In this document: piece by piece, positions 29,766 through 40,140 of the stretch
Layout of the letters: every line of letters begins with the position of its first letter
Numbering within the stretch: the first letter of the stretch is position 1
Assembly: GCA_900544965.1 (NCBI GenBank)
Contig: UQXE01000006.1
Span: 4,740-68,739, forward strand
Direction of reading: 5' to 3'
From: an uncultured Eubacteriales bacterium
GTDB lineage: Bacteria > Bacillota > Clostridia > Christensenellales > CAG-138
DNA length: 64,000 nt
Program-made: the position numbers and the translations under genes
The notes under the pieces: generated by a model
The model's database searches: none
Seen by the model: the letters and a program-made list of their open reading frames with translations, nothing else
Told to the model about the DNA's origin: nothing

Positions 29766-31750
29766 AGAACCCTCTTAAACATCTTTTCGATCTCACGTTT
29801 GCTTAACCGTACGACAACCGGTCGGCCGTGCGGGCATGTAAGCGGAGCTCCGTCTTTAGCGAAATATGACAACAGCTCTAATATTTCACTCCTATCTACG
29901 CATTGTCCGGCCTTTATTGCGTGTTTGCATGAAAGTTGGATTATTGCCGAACGCTTTAGGTCGGCGGCGGTAGCTTTGGATTGGCTAATAAATATATCAG
30001 CCGCCTCCTTTAAAAAGTTTACCGATTGAGGGCCGTCAAACATATATGGCACCGCTCGAACGCTCACGGTGAATGCCCCAAACTCCTCAATATCGAAACC
30101 CATTGCCGTGAGATCATCTAAATTTTCCATGATGGTATCGAATTCGCGCGGGGCAAACTTTACAATCTGCGGCGTAAGCAACATTTGGGATTGCAATCTG
30201 AGTTTATCCGATATAAGCTCCTCATACAGCCTCCTTTCGTGCGCCGCATGCTGGTCTATAAGATAAAGATCGTTGTCCTGCTCAACAATCCAATAAGCGT
30301 TAAAGGCGCAATCGAGCACCTTAAAACGGCCTATATCCAAGTCGATTTTTTCCTGCGTAATCGTTAATGAAGGATTGGTTTTCTCACAAACAGGATCGGT
30401 CTTTGGGGTAGGCGTCATATATGAGTTTTGGGTCAATTGCTCAGTCTCCCGCTCCTTAAGAATTCCTCCGTCGATTGAAGCAGAATTTGGCATAACTACC
30501 AAGTCGTTGTCATGAGGTTTCCCCCTCCCCTCCCTGACCTTGATCCTGCCGTTTACCGGCCTGTCGCCCGAATAAGGCCCCTCACTCAGCGCGGGAGTCC
30601 ATATTGCTCCATCATTATTCTTTAAAGTCTCCTTTTTATGTGTATGGCGTTCAACATTTTCAATAGTATCTATAACAGGCCATATTGATTTAGCAGTCTC
30701 CTGTTCAAACTTATCCGCTGCATTTGCTATATCAGCTTTGCCGGCAATGGGATCAATATTTCGTTTTCCACTTATAGCGGCCATAACGGCCCTTACAATC
30801 GATCCAGTAACCCTGGGCTCATCCTTAAAACGGACATCCAGTTTGTTGGGATGAACATTAACGTCTATATCCCTGCTGGACATTTGCATCTTTAATACAG
30901 CGAATGGGAAGCGTCCCCGCATAATTCTGGTGTCGAATGCCCGCTGAATCGCAAAGGAAAGCTTGGCTGACTTTATGTATCTGTTGTTTATATAAAAGGA
31001 TTGCCTGTTACGGTTGCTTTGTGAAACCGATTCATCGCCCACAAATCCAGTAATAAACATATATCCGTCGTCAAACCTGACTTCGCGCAAATTTGGTACT
31101 ATAGCCGCTCCGTATACAGTGTATATTGCATTTATTAAGCTGTTATCCCCAGCGCTGTGATAAAGGACCTTAGAATCCTGTACCAACTTAAATGAAACAT
31201 CCGGCCTGGCCATAATAAGCCTTGCCGCATAATCCGCAATATATCCTGACTCGCTTCGGGCGCTTTTAAGAAACTTCAGCCTGGCTGGAACGTTGTAGAA
31301 CAGGTCTTTCACCTCAATGCTGGTTCCGTTTGGGCAGCCGCATTGGGAGTGATCCAGTAGCTTTCCTCCCTCAATAACAACCTGGGCACCGGCTCCGCTG
31401 TCCTCGGTTTGTGTTTTCATGGTTACCTTGCTTACAGATGCTATTGACGCCAGGGCTTCACCCCTAAATCCAAGCGTTTCTATATGCGTCAGGTCCTCGG
31501 CTGTGGCCAGCTTACTGGTGGCATGGCGTTCGAACGCAACAGCCGCGTCGTCATAGGATATACCGCCGCCATTGTCTGTAACCCGCATATACTCAATGCC
31601 GCCGCCTTGTATTTCTATGGTTATAGACGTACTGCCTGCGTCAAGCGAGTTTTCAGCCAATTCCTTTATAACTGAAGCGGGCCGTTCAATAACCTCTCCG
31701 GCAGCTATCTGGTTGGCTATATTGGTTTCCAGTATCCTTATTTGTCTCAT
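29762..31750 (-). CDS. mutL: DNA mismatch repair protein MutL
   Basis: GHKL ATPase N-terminus ('IAAGEVIERPASV.KEL.ENSLDAG', 'DNGGG', 'GFRGEAL') and a C-terminal dimerisation domain ('CPHGRP'). Confidence 0.95.
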   Translation of the reverse strand: MRQIRILETNIANQIAAGEVIERPASVIKELAENSLDAGSTSITIEIQGGGIEYMRVTDNGGGISYDDAAVAFERHATSKLATAEDLTHIETLGFRGEALASIASVSKVTMKTQTEDSGAGAQVVIEGGKLLDHSQCGCPNGTSIEVKDLFYNVPARLKFLKSARSESGYIADYAARLIMARPDVSFKLVQDSKVLYHSAGDNSLINAIYTVYGAAIVPNLREVRFDDGYMFITGFVGDESVSQSNRNRQSFYINNRYIKSAKLSFAIQRAFDTRIMRGRFPFAVLKMQMSSRDIDVNVHPNKLDVRFKDEPRVTGSIVRAVMAAISGKRNIDPIAGKADIANAADKFEQETAKSIWPVIDTIENVERHTHKKETLKNNDGAIWTPALSEGPYSGDRPVNGRIKVREGRGKPHDNDLVVMPNSASIDGGILKERETEQLTQNSYMTPTPKTDPVCEKTNPSLTITQEKIDLDIGRFKVLDCAFNAYWIVEQDNDLYLIDQHAAHERRLYEELISDKLRLQSQMLLTPQIVKFAPREFDTIMENLDDLTAMGFDIEEFGAFTVSVRAVPYMFDGPQSVNFLKEAADIFISQSKATAADLKRSAIIQLSCKHAIKAGQCVDRSEILELLSYFAKDGAPLTCPHGRPVVVRLSKREIEKMFKRVL

Positions 31751-34344
31751 TTTTTACAACCCTTCACCTTAGCGCAAAGCTCATTTAGAGTAAACAATGC
31801 CTCGATAGGGGTTAGGGCGTTGGTATCCAGCTGCAAAAGCCTATCAAGCACCTCGTTTGTATCTTTACCGGTCTTTCCATGCGCCTCCAATTTATGAGAC
31901 ACTGCTCCTGCATCCTTTCTGCTTATATCAGAGGCCTCCAATTCAGCTAAAATTTCGCCCGCCCTGCTTATAACGCCATCAGGCAGTCCGGCAAGCCTTG
32001 CCACCTGGATACCAAAGCTTTTATCCGCGCTTCCACGCACAATCTTATGAAGAAATATTATCTCCTCCCCAATCTCCCTTACGGAAACCCTATAATTTTT
32101 TACTCCCGGAAGCTTGTCCTCAAGCTCGGTTAACTCATGGTAATGCGTTGCGAATAACGCCTTTGCTCCGCATTTTTCTTGGTCGGCAATTCGCTCAAGC
32201 ACCGCCCAGGCTATGCTCAATCCATCATATGTACTGGTTCCACGGCCGATCTCATCGAGTATAAGCAAGCTGTTTTTTGTTGCGTTATTCAGTATATTTG
32301 CCATCTCGCTCATTTCAACCATGAACGTGCTCTGCCCTGAGGACAGGTTATCAGAAGCTCCTACTCTGGTAAATATTCTGTCAACAATACATATGTCGGC
32401 GGTTCGAGCGGGTACGAAGGAGCCTATATGGGCCATCAGGACTATAAGCGCAACCTGTCGCATATAGGTGCTCTTTCCGGCCATATTAGGACCTGTAATT
32501 ATAAGAAGCCTGTTTTCCTCTCCATCCATAACGGTCATATTGGGTACAAACCCATCCCGCATTCCGCGCTCAACTACTGGATGACGGCCATCGGTTATTT
32601 GTATAGTGCCGCTTTCATTTATGGCAGGACGGCAGTATCCGTTTGCCGAGGCAAGCTGAGCCATAGACTGATAGGCGTCCACTTCAGCGATCTTTGACGC
32701 CGTTTCCTGAAGCCTGGGCAAACAATCGGTAAGCACGGATCTTATTTCACAAAAAAGGTTATACTCCAGTTCAATGCATTTTTCTTCAGCGCCTAAAATA
32801 GCCTCCTGTAAACGCTTTAAATCTGGGGTTGTATAGCGTTCCGCATTTGCAAGGGTTTGACGCCGTTCATATTCATATGGCACAAGATGCTGGTATGACT
32901 TTGTTACCTCAATATAATAGCCAAAAACCTTATTATACTTTATTCGCAGGTTTTTGATACCCGTTCTTTCACGCTCGTTCGTCTCCATCTTGGCCAACCA
33001 AATCTTGGCGTTTGAAGACGCTTCCCTGAATTTATCCACCTCGGCGTTATAACCCTTGCGTATTATACCGCCTTCACGCGCTCCTAGAGGCGGCGTATCC
33101 GAAATAGCATTTTTCAGCAGTTCGCATATATCCGGCATTGCGTCAAAACTATCTGAGATGGCGGTGAAGGCTGGAGATTTTAAACCGGTAAGGAGGTCGT
33201 TTAATGGAGGAAGTTTCTCCAGCGACGTTTTAAGCGCGAGGCAATCCCTGGGGGTTATAGTTCCGTACGCTATTTTGCTGCATAGACGCTCGATATCATA
33301 TATTCCGCCGAGAGCTTCTGTAACAGCATTCTTTAGCATTATCTGGCCAAACAGCTCATCAATAGCGTCGAGTCTTCGCTCTATCCTTTCAGCCTCATTC
33401 AATGGCTGATCCACCCAAACGCGCAGCAAACGCGCCCCCATCGCGGTTTTTGTATTATCGAGATGGTTTAATAGAGTGCTCTTTTTTCCGGCGTCGTGCC
33501 TAATCGGCCTGGTAAGCTCCAGATTCATCCTAGTGGACGCATCCAGCTGCATATATCTATCGCAGCTATAGGGTGATAGTTTCCTAATATGCCTAAGCGC
33601 GTTTTTTTGTGTTTCCGCCAGATAGCTTAACAATGCGCCCGACGCGTTTATTCCCAAATGATTGCTTGATTCAAACCCAAAGCCATTGAGCGTAAGCACC
33701 TTAAAGTGCTCCAAAAGACGTTCATAAGCCCTGTTATTGGCATACTCCTTGTTTGAATATGTCTGTATATAGTAAAGTCCTTTTAAATGCGAAAACCTCT
33801 CGGATTCAGCCTCGTTTATTATCAGCTCCCTTGGTTTTATGCGCGTCAGCTCATCAATAAGGATCGAATCGGATGAAAGCCCGAATTCTGTGGTCCAAAA
33901 CCCACCCGTAGATACATCGGAATAAGCAAGACCAGCCATGTCGTCAGATATATAGAGCGATGCGATATAATTGTTCTGCTTATCATCCAGCATCGTCTCC
34001 TCTATAATAGTGCCAGGAGTAATAACGCGAACAACATCACGGACAACAAGCCCCTTTGATTTCTTTGGGTCGGTGAGCTGCTCACATATCGCAACCTTAT
34101 ATCCCTTATTGACGAGTTTATTTATATAACTATCCACAGAGTGGTGCGGAATTCCGCACATTGGAGCGCGCTCTTTCAGTCCGCAATCCCTTCCCGTCAA
34201 CACGATCTCCAATTCGCGCGAGGATTTAACGGCGTCTTCAAAAAACATCTCGTAAAAGTCGCCAAGCCGGAACATTAGTATGCAGTCGTTATATTTTTCC
34301 TTAAGCTCCATATATTGCTGCATGAGCGGTGTAAGTTTATCCAT
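31747..34344 (-). CDS. mutS: DNA mismatch repair protein MutS
   Basis: Start refined to ATG 34344 ('MDKLTPLMQQY'); the ORF track extends it to 34404. 'GDFYE.F', Walker A 'GPNMAGKSTYMRQ', 'DEIGRGTSTYDG'. Confidence 0.95.
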   Translation of the reverse strand: MDKLTPLMQQYMELKEKYNDCILMFRLGDFYEMFFEDAVKSSRELEIVLTGRDCGLKERAPMCGIPHHSVDSYINKLVNKGYKVAICEQLTDPKKSKGLVVRDVVRVITPGTIIEETMLDDKQNNYIASLYISDDMAGLAYSDVSTGGFWTTEFGLSSDSILIDELTRIKPRELIINEAESERFSHLKGLYYIQTYSNKEYANNRAYERLLEHFKVLTLNGFGFESSNHLGINASGALLSYLAETQKNALRHIRKLSPYSCDRYMQLDASTRMNLELTRPIRHDAGKKSTLLNHLDNTKTAMGARLLRVWVDQPLNEAERIERRLDAIDELFGQIMLKNAVTEALGGIYDIERLCSKIAYGTITPRDCLALKTSLEKLPPLNDLLTGLKSPAFTAISDSFDAMPDICELLKNAISDTPPLGAREGGIIRKGYNAEVDKFREASSNAKIWLAKMETNERERTGIKNLRIKYNKVFGYYIEVTKSYQHLVPYEYERRQTLANAERYTTPDLKRLQEAILGAEEKCIELEYNLFCEIRSVLTDCLPRLQETASKIAEVDAYQSMAQLASANGYCRPAINESGTIQITDGRHPVVERGMRDGFVPNMTVMDGEENRLLIITGPNMAGKSTYMRQVALIVLMAHIGSFVPARTADICIVDRIFTRVGASDNLSSGQSTFMVEMSEMANILNNATKNSLLILDEIGRGTSTYDGLSIAWAVLERIADQEKCGAKALFATHYHELTELEDKLPGVKNYRVSVREIGEEIIFLHKIVRGSADKSFGIQVARLAGLPDGVISRAGEILAELEASDISRKDAGAVSHKLEAHGKTGKDTNEVLDRLLQLDTNALTPIEALFTLNELCAKVKGCKK

Positions 34345-34366
34345 TTTAATGCTTTCTCCCATAAAA

Positions 34367-35758
34367 TTATACCATTGTTCCCGACAGCGAGTTATGTACC
34401 ACACTGTCGATACGTACGCGGACTAGCTTTCCGGTTAGCGCCTCGCTTCCAGCAAAATAAACGGTTTTGAAATTTGTAAGCTTTCCATACATATATGTGG
34501 TGTCAGACCTGACATCGCTGCCTTCTACAAGAACATTTTCAATTCTTCCTATATACTTGCTGTTGTTGGAATACAGGCCTTCAGCTATGGCCTTGTTCAA
34601 TTCCAGTAATCTGCGCTTTTTTTCTTCCTGGGGGATTTGGCAGTCCATCTCGGCAGCCTTTGTATGCTTTCTTGGAGAATACATAAAAGTATATGCCGCC
34701 GAAAACCCAACTCGCTTTACGAGGTTAATCGTGCATTTAAAATCCTCTTCGGATTCGCCGGGGAACCCTACTATGATATCTGTTGTTATTTCTATTCCAG
34801 GAACATGAAGCCTTAAATTCTCCACTATTTCGGTATAGCGTTCATGCGTATAGCCCCTGTTCATAAGCCTTAGTATCCGGTTGCTCCCCGACTGCACGGG
34901 AAGATGAACATGGTTGCATACTTTGCTAAACGACTTCATCGCCAAAATCAGTTCAGCGGACAAGTCCTTTGGGTGCGAAGTCATAAACCGGATCCGCTCA
35001 ATTCCGTTTACATCGTTAAGCATACGCAGCAGTTGGGGAAAGTTAACGTTATCCTTTGGCGAATGATACGAGTTTACATTCTGACCAAGCAGGGTTAGCT
35101 CAACATACCCACGGCTAGCCAGTTCCTTTGCCTCTTCAATTATCAAGTTGTGGTCGCGGGAACGTTCGCGGCCCCTGACATATGGAACAATGCAATATGT
35201 ACAGAAGTTATCGCACCCGTACATTATGTTTATATTGGCAGAAAAAGCGCCTGTCCGCTTAACAGGTATACCCTCTGGAACAATCGCATGTTCGTCATCA
35301 TTTATTAGCATCACTCTTTCGCCCTGAATTGCCTGCGCCAGCATTGAAGGCAATTTCTGAAGCTCGTTTGTGCCAAATATAATATCTACAAATGGATACC
35401 TCTTATATAGCCTTTGAGCCACCTCCCTTTGCTGCATCATACATCCGCAAACGGCTATTATCGTGTTTGGACGTTCATCCTTCACGGCTTTAAGCGCCCC
35501 AACGTTTCCAAATACCCTAAGCTCAGCATGTTCGCGTACACAACAGGTGTTAAATATTATTAAGTCGGCTTCCGCCTTATTATCGGACAATGCATATCCC
35601 AGTTCCTCAAGTATTCCAGCCATCTTTTCCGAGTCATGGCTGTTCATTTGACAACCATATGATTCAATGAAGTATGTAGCTCTATTACACGCCCGAGTCC
35701 GGCCCGCAAGCGAGTCCATAGTCCCGCAGTTATTGGTTAAGTCCATGCTTATCTTCAT
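34367..35758 (-). CDS. miaB: tRNA-i6A37 methylthiotransferase
   Basis: UPF0004 N-terminus ('YGCQMN'), radical-SAM 'CDNFCTYCIVP', TRAM C-terminus. Confidence 0.92.
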   Translation of the reverse strand: MKISMDLTNNCGTMDSLAGRTRACNRATYFIESYGCQMNSHDSEKMAGILEELGYALSDNKAEADLIIFNTCCVREHAELRVFGNVGALKAVKDERPNTIIAVCGCMMQQREVAQRLYKRYPFVDIIFGTNELQKLPSMLAQAIQGERVMLINDDEHAIVPEGIPVKRTGAFSANINIMYGCDNFCTYCIVPYVRGRERSRDHNLIIEEAKELASRGYVELTLLGQNVNSYHSPKDNVNFPQLLRMLNDVNGIERIRFMTSHPKDLSAELILAMKSFSKVCNHVHLPVQSGSNRILRLMNRGYTHERYTEIVENLRLHVPGIEITTDIIVGFPGESEEDFKCTINLVKRVGFSAAYTFMYSPRKHTKAAEMDCQIPQEEKKRRLLELNKAIAEGLYSNNSKYIGRIENVLVEGSDVRSDTTYMYGKLTNFKTVYFAGSEALTGKLVRVRIDSVVHNSLSGTMV

Positions 35759-35783
35759 ATATACAAATCCTTGTTAAAATTAT

Positions 35784-36662
35784 TTATATGACAATTATAG
35801 TTCCAACGCTCAAAGCTGGCAAGTTGGAAGTACATGTTGCATTGTATAAATAAGATTTTTCAGCAATGGCAGCCTGCCCGATAGTTGGATCCTTCTTTAA
35901 TAGATAATCAAGTAAAAGATATAGCCCAACTAACAGCGCAATAAGCACTATGGCCAAGGCGACCTTTGCAATCGATATATTTATACTTTTTGAAGGGGCA
36001 TAATACCTTCTGTCGCCCGGACGCAGGGCAGTGCCGCTGAATCTTCCAACCTTGGCTGAACCGAATCTTTTTGTCGTGGCGTTTTCTCCTGAAACCGGAA
36101 ACCTATCAAGTTTTGCGGTGCTCCTAACACGTCGTAGAGCTTCCGCACCGGAGCCGCAAGCTGTAAACCGTGAGTAGCGGGCGTCGGCTATCCGGCGTTC
36201 TACTGGCCTGCTGCCGATTCCAAGATAGCGCCCAAATCTGGGAGCGGAAACTTGCCCTCTGACGGAATCCGCTTCGTGCCCGCTGGGCTTGAAGCGATAA
36301 AGCCGCGCCGCACTGATTTTATTAGCGGCGTTCTTTGATTTTAAATCGTTAAACCGCGCCAGTTCTGGGGTGCTGTTCCTTAATCGGGCGGTATATGGGC
36401 TGTCTCCTTTAGGTCCATAGCGCGATACATGCAGTTTTGATCCCTTTGTTCGCGCGGCTATGCCGCTATGACCAAATCTTCCAAGCCGTGGCACACTTGC
36501 CTTGCATCGCTTTGCCATCGAACCTGCGGGCCTGAACTTGCTCATTCGCGCCGACTTGCTTTTTAGTCGAACGCCAAACACAGCTACAGGTTCTTTAACG
36601 GAAAGCGGTTTGCTAATCAAAGGACCCTTCCCCTTAATAAATTTTATAGGCTGTAACGGCAT
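35784..36662 (-). CDS. Single-pass membrane protein with a basic N-terminal region of ~20-aa Arg-Phe/Tyr repeats, function unknown
   Basis: Likely start ATG 36662 (GAGGA 6 nt upstream); the ORF track GTG is at 36710. TM helix 'ALAIVLIALLVGLYLLLDYLL' (nt 35898-35972). See findings for the periodic R-F/Y motifs. Confidence 0.6.
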   Translation of the reverse strand: MPLQPIKFIKGKGPLISKPLSVKEPVAVFGVRLKSKSARMSKFRPAGSMAKRCKASVPRLGRFGHSGIAARTKGSKLHVSRYGPKGDSPYTARLRNSTPELARFNDLKSKNAANKISAARLYRFKPSGHEADSVRGQVSAPRFGRYLGIGSRPVERRIADARYSRFTACGSGAEALRRVRSTAKLDRFPVSGENATTKRFGSAKVGRFSGTALRPGDRRYYAPSKSINISIAKVALAIVLIALLVGLYLLLDYLLKKDPTIGQAAIAEKSYLYNATCTSNLPALSVGTIIVI

Positions 36663-36712
36663 ATATTTCCTCAAACATTCAATTATTTTTATAGAGTGAT
36701 TTCGCTTCACGC

Positions 36713-37606
36713 TTATTCCATGTCGATAAACTCTATGTTTCCGTGTCCGCTTTCAATACGGTAATCTGGGGTGCAAAATCCCATAACCATTATTTCGTCA
36801 TTCAACTCAAATAGGAATAACCCCGCGCCTTTTTCTCCCCCAGAGGCTTTTATCGTCACCGTTCCATGAACCTCTAGCGCCTCTAGCTCGGCCCCGTGAT
36901 ACTCCCCTGTATTGGAAACCTCAAATACAGCCCCGTCGTTAAGTACTAAGGTGTTTGAGCACTTTACCGCATTATACTGGCCTGAACAGGCGGTTAATTT
37001 TGAACCCTTGAGCATAATAAGCTCATCTCTGGTGATATTAATCCCGTTTAGATTTCCCAGAGCAGTTATTTCAGCATTATCTTGTATCGTCATTCCTTTG
37101 ACATCAATTCCGCGCCCAGTACGCCCTGTTACACTTATAGAACTATTTTCATTTATCTTCAAGCTGCCCGTGGCGCTAATCCCGTTTAAGCCGGCGTCAA
37201 TTTTGGAGTTAGTAGCCGTTATCGTACCATCCCCAATGATTCCTATACCATCACGGGATCCTGTAAGCGTAAGATCTTCCATATTTAAGAGGCAGTTATT
37301 ATCCATGCGAACAACGCACTCTCCCTCGCCGTATATCGTAAAACCGTTTCCAATCAGAGTCATTGTCCCCAGGGCTTCGGTCAGCTTTAAAATTTCTCTT
37401 CCGATATGTACATTATCCGTTAGTATAACTGTGCTGCTTTGACCTTTTTTAAACAGATCAATTAAATCCGCGCCTGAGGATACCTTTATCCCTTCAGAAT
37501 TCCCCGCAATATCAATTTTAACAGGAGTTTTTTCAATACGAGTGCAGCCAAAAAAAACTCCTACAATAAACAATAAAATTGTGGCCGATACCGTACTTCG
37601 TTTCAT
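36713..37606 (-). CDS. Lipoprotein with beta-helix-like internal repeats, function unknown
   Basis: Start refined to ATG 37606 (AGGAG upstream). Lipobox 'FFGC'. Gly/Asn/Thr-rich quasi-repeats recur ('ITATNSKIDAG.NGISATGSLKINENSSISVTG..GRGIDVKG'). Confidence 0.6.
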   Translation of the reverse strand: MKRSTVSATILLFIVGVFFGCTRIEKTPVKIDIAGNSEGIKVSSGADLIDLFKKGQSSTVILTDNVHIGREILKLTEALGTMTLIGNGFTIYGEGECVVRMDNNCLLNMEDLTLTGSRDGIGIIGDGTITATNSKIDAGLNGISATGSLKINENSSISVTGRTGRGIDVKGMTIQDNAEITALGNLNGINITRDELIMLKGSKLTACSGQYNAVKCSNTLVLNDGAVFEVSNTGEYHGAELEALEVHGTVTIKASGGEKGAGLFLFELNDEIMVMGFCTPDYRIESGHGNIEFIDME

Positions 37607-37714
37607 GCTCAGCTCCTGATCTAACATTCTATCATAAAATAATTATAACATAAACTCAGTTGTCATAGAACAATATATGGGTTAATATGATTTTATTCTT
37701 TTAAGTTTAAACTT

Positions 37715-37748
37715 ATAATGGCACACGCTCTAGAGCGCGTGCCATTAT
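37715..37748 (-). terminator. Strong hairpin downstream of the oxidoreductase operon
   Basis: About a 16-bp stem, ATAATGGCACACGCTC / GAGCGCGTGCCATTAT, with one mismatch. The flanking T-run is weak. Confidence 0.5.
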
Positions 37749-37780
37749 ATATGCGTTTAGCTGTGTAACGATAAAATAGG

Positions 37781-38317
37781 TTAGCGAACCGAGGCCGCGC
37801 CCTTGTTAAGAGCCTCGCGGTTCAGCGGTATAAGATGCGCTTTCTTTTCCCCAAGCTTATAAAGCAATGCCTGGAGTACGCTTTCAAAATCGACGCACTT
37901 TGTCTTCTCAATATAAGCTCCAAGCATAACCATATTGGCTACTCGTGGGTTTCCAAGCTCCTCCGCTATCTCGTTGCACGGCACATAATAGACCTCTACG
38001 TCGCCGCGATCGGACTTTTTATCTATAATGGAGCTATTTATAAAGAGCTTGCCGTCGGGTAAAACACTGTCTTCAAACTTGTCTAACGAAGGCCTGTTCA
38101 TCGCTACTACAGTTGTAGCCATGGTTACTATAGGCGAGGCTACAGGCGAATCCGATACGACTACGGAACAGTTGGCCGTACCGCCGCGCATTTCAGGTCC
38201 ATATGATGGCAGCCACGACACCTCTTTATCTTCAAGCATTCCCGCGTAGGCAAGCAGTTGACCCATTAGAAGAACGCCCTGTCCGCCAAAACCAGCAAAA
38301 ATGTTTTGTTCCAACAT
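37781..38317 (-). CDS. 2-oxoacid:ferredoxin oxidoreductase, gamma subunit
   Basis: 'GFGGQGV...G..LA.A', 'SYGPEMRGG'. Substrate (2-oxoglutarate, pyruvate or branched-chain) is not assignable by eye. Confidence 0.85.
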   Translation of the reverse strand: MLEQNIFAGFGGQGVLLMGQLLAYAGMLEDKEVSWLPSYGPEMRGGTANCSVVVSDSPVASPIVTMATTVVAMNRPSLDKFEDSVLPDGKLFINSSIIDKKSDRGDVEVYYVPCNEIAEELGNPRVANMVMLGAYIEKTKCVDFESVLQALLYKLGEKKAHLIPLNREALNKGAASVR

Positions 38318-38321
38318 GGCT

Positions 38322-39053
38322 TTATACCTCCTTCTTAACGCCCAGAGGATAATAGGGAATCATGTTTTGCTCAAGCCATTCCATGGATTCCGACGGATTC
38401 ATTCCCCAGTTCGTTGGACAGTTTGACAGCACCTCTACCAGTGAAAATCCTTTACCTTCAAGCTGCGTTTCAAATGCCTTCTTGATAGCGCGCTTTGCCT
38501 TAACAATATTCGGGCTGTTGTTTACAGCTACACGCTCTATATAAGCTGAACCCTCTATTGTGGCAAGCATTTCAGCAATGCGGATCGGGCTGCCGCAGTG
38601 CTCCTTATCCCTTCCGTACGGGGACGTTGTAGTCTTTTGACCAACAAGAGTAGTAGGGGCCATCTGTCCGCCAGTCATGCCATAAATGGCGTTGTTTATA
38701 AATATTGTTGTGATCTTTTCTCCCCTATGGGCCGCATGCACTATCTCAGCTGTGCCTATGGAGGCAAGGTCGCCGTCGCCCTGATAGGTAAATACAACAT
38801 TGTTGGGATTTACTCGCTTTATCCCCGTTGCAACCGCTGGGGCGCGTCCATGCGCCGCCTCCTGGGTGTCGATATTGAAGTACCTGTATGCAAACACCGC
38901 ACATCCAACCGGCACAACGCCAACGGTACGCCCGCCGATATTGAGTTCGTCGAGAACTTCCGCAACGAGACGATGTACAATTCCATGTCCGCAACCGGGA
39001 CAATAATGAAGTACAGCGTCGGTCAGCAGAGGCGTTTTTTTAAAGTTAGCCAT
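38322..39053 (-). CDS. 2-oxoacid:ferredoxin oxidoreductase, beta (TPP-binding) subunit
   Basis: 'YCPGCGHG', 'GDGD...IG', 'NN..YGMTGGQ'. Confidence 0.88.
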   Translation of the reverse strand: MANFKKTPLLTDAVLHYCPGCGHGIVHRLVAEVLDELNIGGRTVGVVPVGCAVFAYRYFNIDTQEAAHGRAPAVATGIKRVNPNNVVFTYQGDGDLASIGTAEIVHAAHRGEKITTIFINNAIYGMTGGQMAPTTLVGQKTTTSPYGRDKEHCGSPIRIAEMLATIEGSAYIERVAVNNSPNIVKAKRAIKKAFETQLEGKGFSLVEVLSNCPTNWGMNPSESMEWLEQNMIPYYPLGVKKEV

Positions 39054-39055
39054 GG

Positions 39056-40126
39056 TTACGCCCTCCTGGATTCAATAATCTTTTCAAATATTTCTTCTGT
39101 GGTAGGAACTAAGCTGCCCGGCCTTCCCAAAAACTCTATGGGTTTTTCCGCATTTACGGCAAGCTTGACATCCTCGACCATCTGGCCTGCGCTTATTTCC
39201 ACAACGATAGCCTTTTTTACGCTATCCTGGCATATTGCCCTGCGTACATCGGCTTCAGGGAATGGCCATATGGTGATTGGACGCACAAGTCCAACCTTTA
39301 TTCCGTTCTTTTCGGCAAGCGCTATGGCACTCTTGCATATACGCGCCACAGTTCCATAGGCGCAAAGAACTATCTCAGCGCCATCCGTATTATACAGCTC
39401 GCAAAGGCATTCCTTTTCCTTTATCGTAGCGTAGCGCGCCTGCAAACGGTCGTTCAATTCCTGAAGCTCTTCATTTTCTATATACAGGGAATTGACAACA
39501 GCGCGCGGGCGTCCGCTTTCAGGAGTCCATCCGGTGGTTGCCCACTCTTTTTCGGGCAGTTCGCGCCTCTGCTTTCCCTCATGAAATTCAACCGGTTCCA
39601 TCATCTGGCCTATTATTCCGTCGGCCAGCATCATAACTGGCGTACGGTATATGTCGGCAAGGTCAAATGCATCCTGCATAAGATCAATAGCCTCCTGTAC
39701 CGACGACGGTGCAAGCGCTATCATATGATATTCACCATGTCCGCCCCCTTTTGTGGTTTGGAAATAGTCTCCCTGAGAGGCCTGTATTGAACCCAAACCT
39801 GGGCCGCCGCGCATCATATTAACGATGACGCAAGGAAGTTCCGCGCCCGCCAGGTATGATATCCCTTCCATTTTAAGACTGATTCCTGGGCTTGAGGACG
39901 ATGTCATAACCCTGGCGCCAGCGCCGGAAGCGCCATAAACCATGTTTATAGCGGCAACTTCGCTCTCAGCCTGAAGGAAACACCCGCCTTCCTGGGGAAG
40001 CCTTGCAGACATGTATTCTGGTATATCATTCTGCGGTGTTATAGGATAACCGAAGAAAAAACGGCATCCTGCCTTTATCGCCGCTTCCGCAACAGCTTCG
40101 CAGCCCTTCATCAATTTCTTTGCCAT
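39056..40126 (-). CDS. 2-oxoacid:ferredoxin oxidoreductase, alpha subunit
   Basis: 'GYPITPQN.I', 'E.AA.....GAS.AG.R.MT.SS.PG'. Confidence 0.88.
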   Translation of the reverse strand: MAKKLMKGCEAVAEAAIKAGCRFFFGYPITPQNDIPEYMSARLPQEGGCFLQAESEVAAINMVYGASGAGARVMTSSSSPGISLKMEGISYLAGAELPCVIVNMMRGGPGLGSIQASQGDYFQTTKGGGHGEYHMIALAPSSVQEAIDLMQDAFDLADIYRTPVMMLADGIIGQMMEPVEFHEGKQRRELPEKEWATTGWTPESGRPRAVVNSLYIENEELQELNDRLQARYATIKEKECLCELYNTDGAEIVLCAYGTVARICKSAIALAEKNGIKVGLVRPITIWPFPEADVRRAICQDSVKKAIVVEISAGQMVEDVKLAVNAEKPIEFLGRPGSLVPTTEEIFEKIIESRRA

Positions 40127-40140
40127 AATAACCTTCCTCC

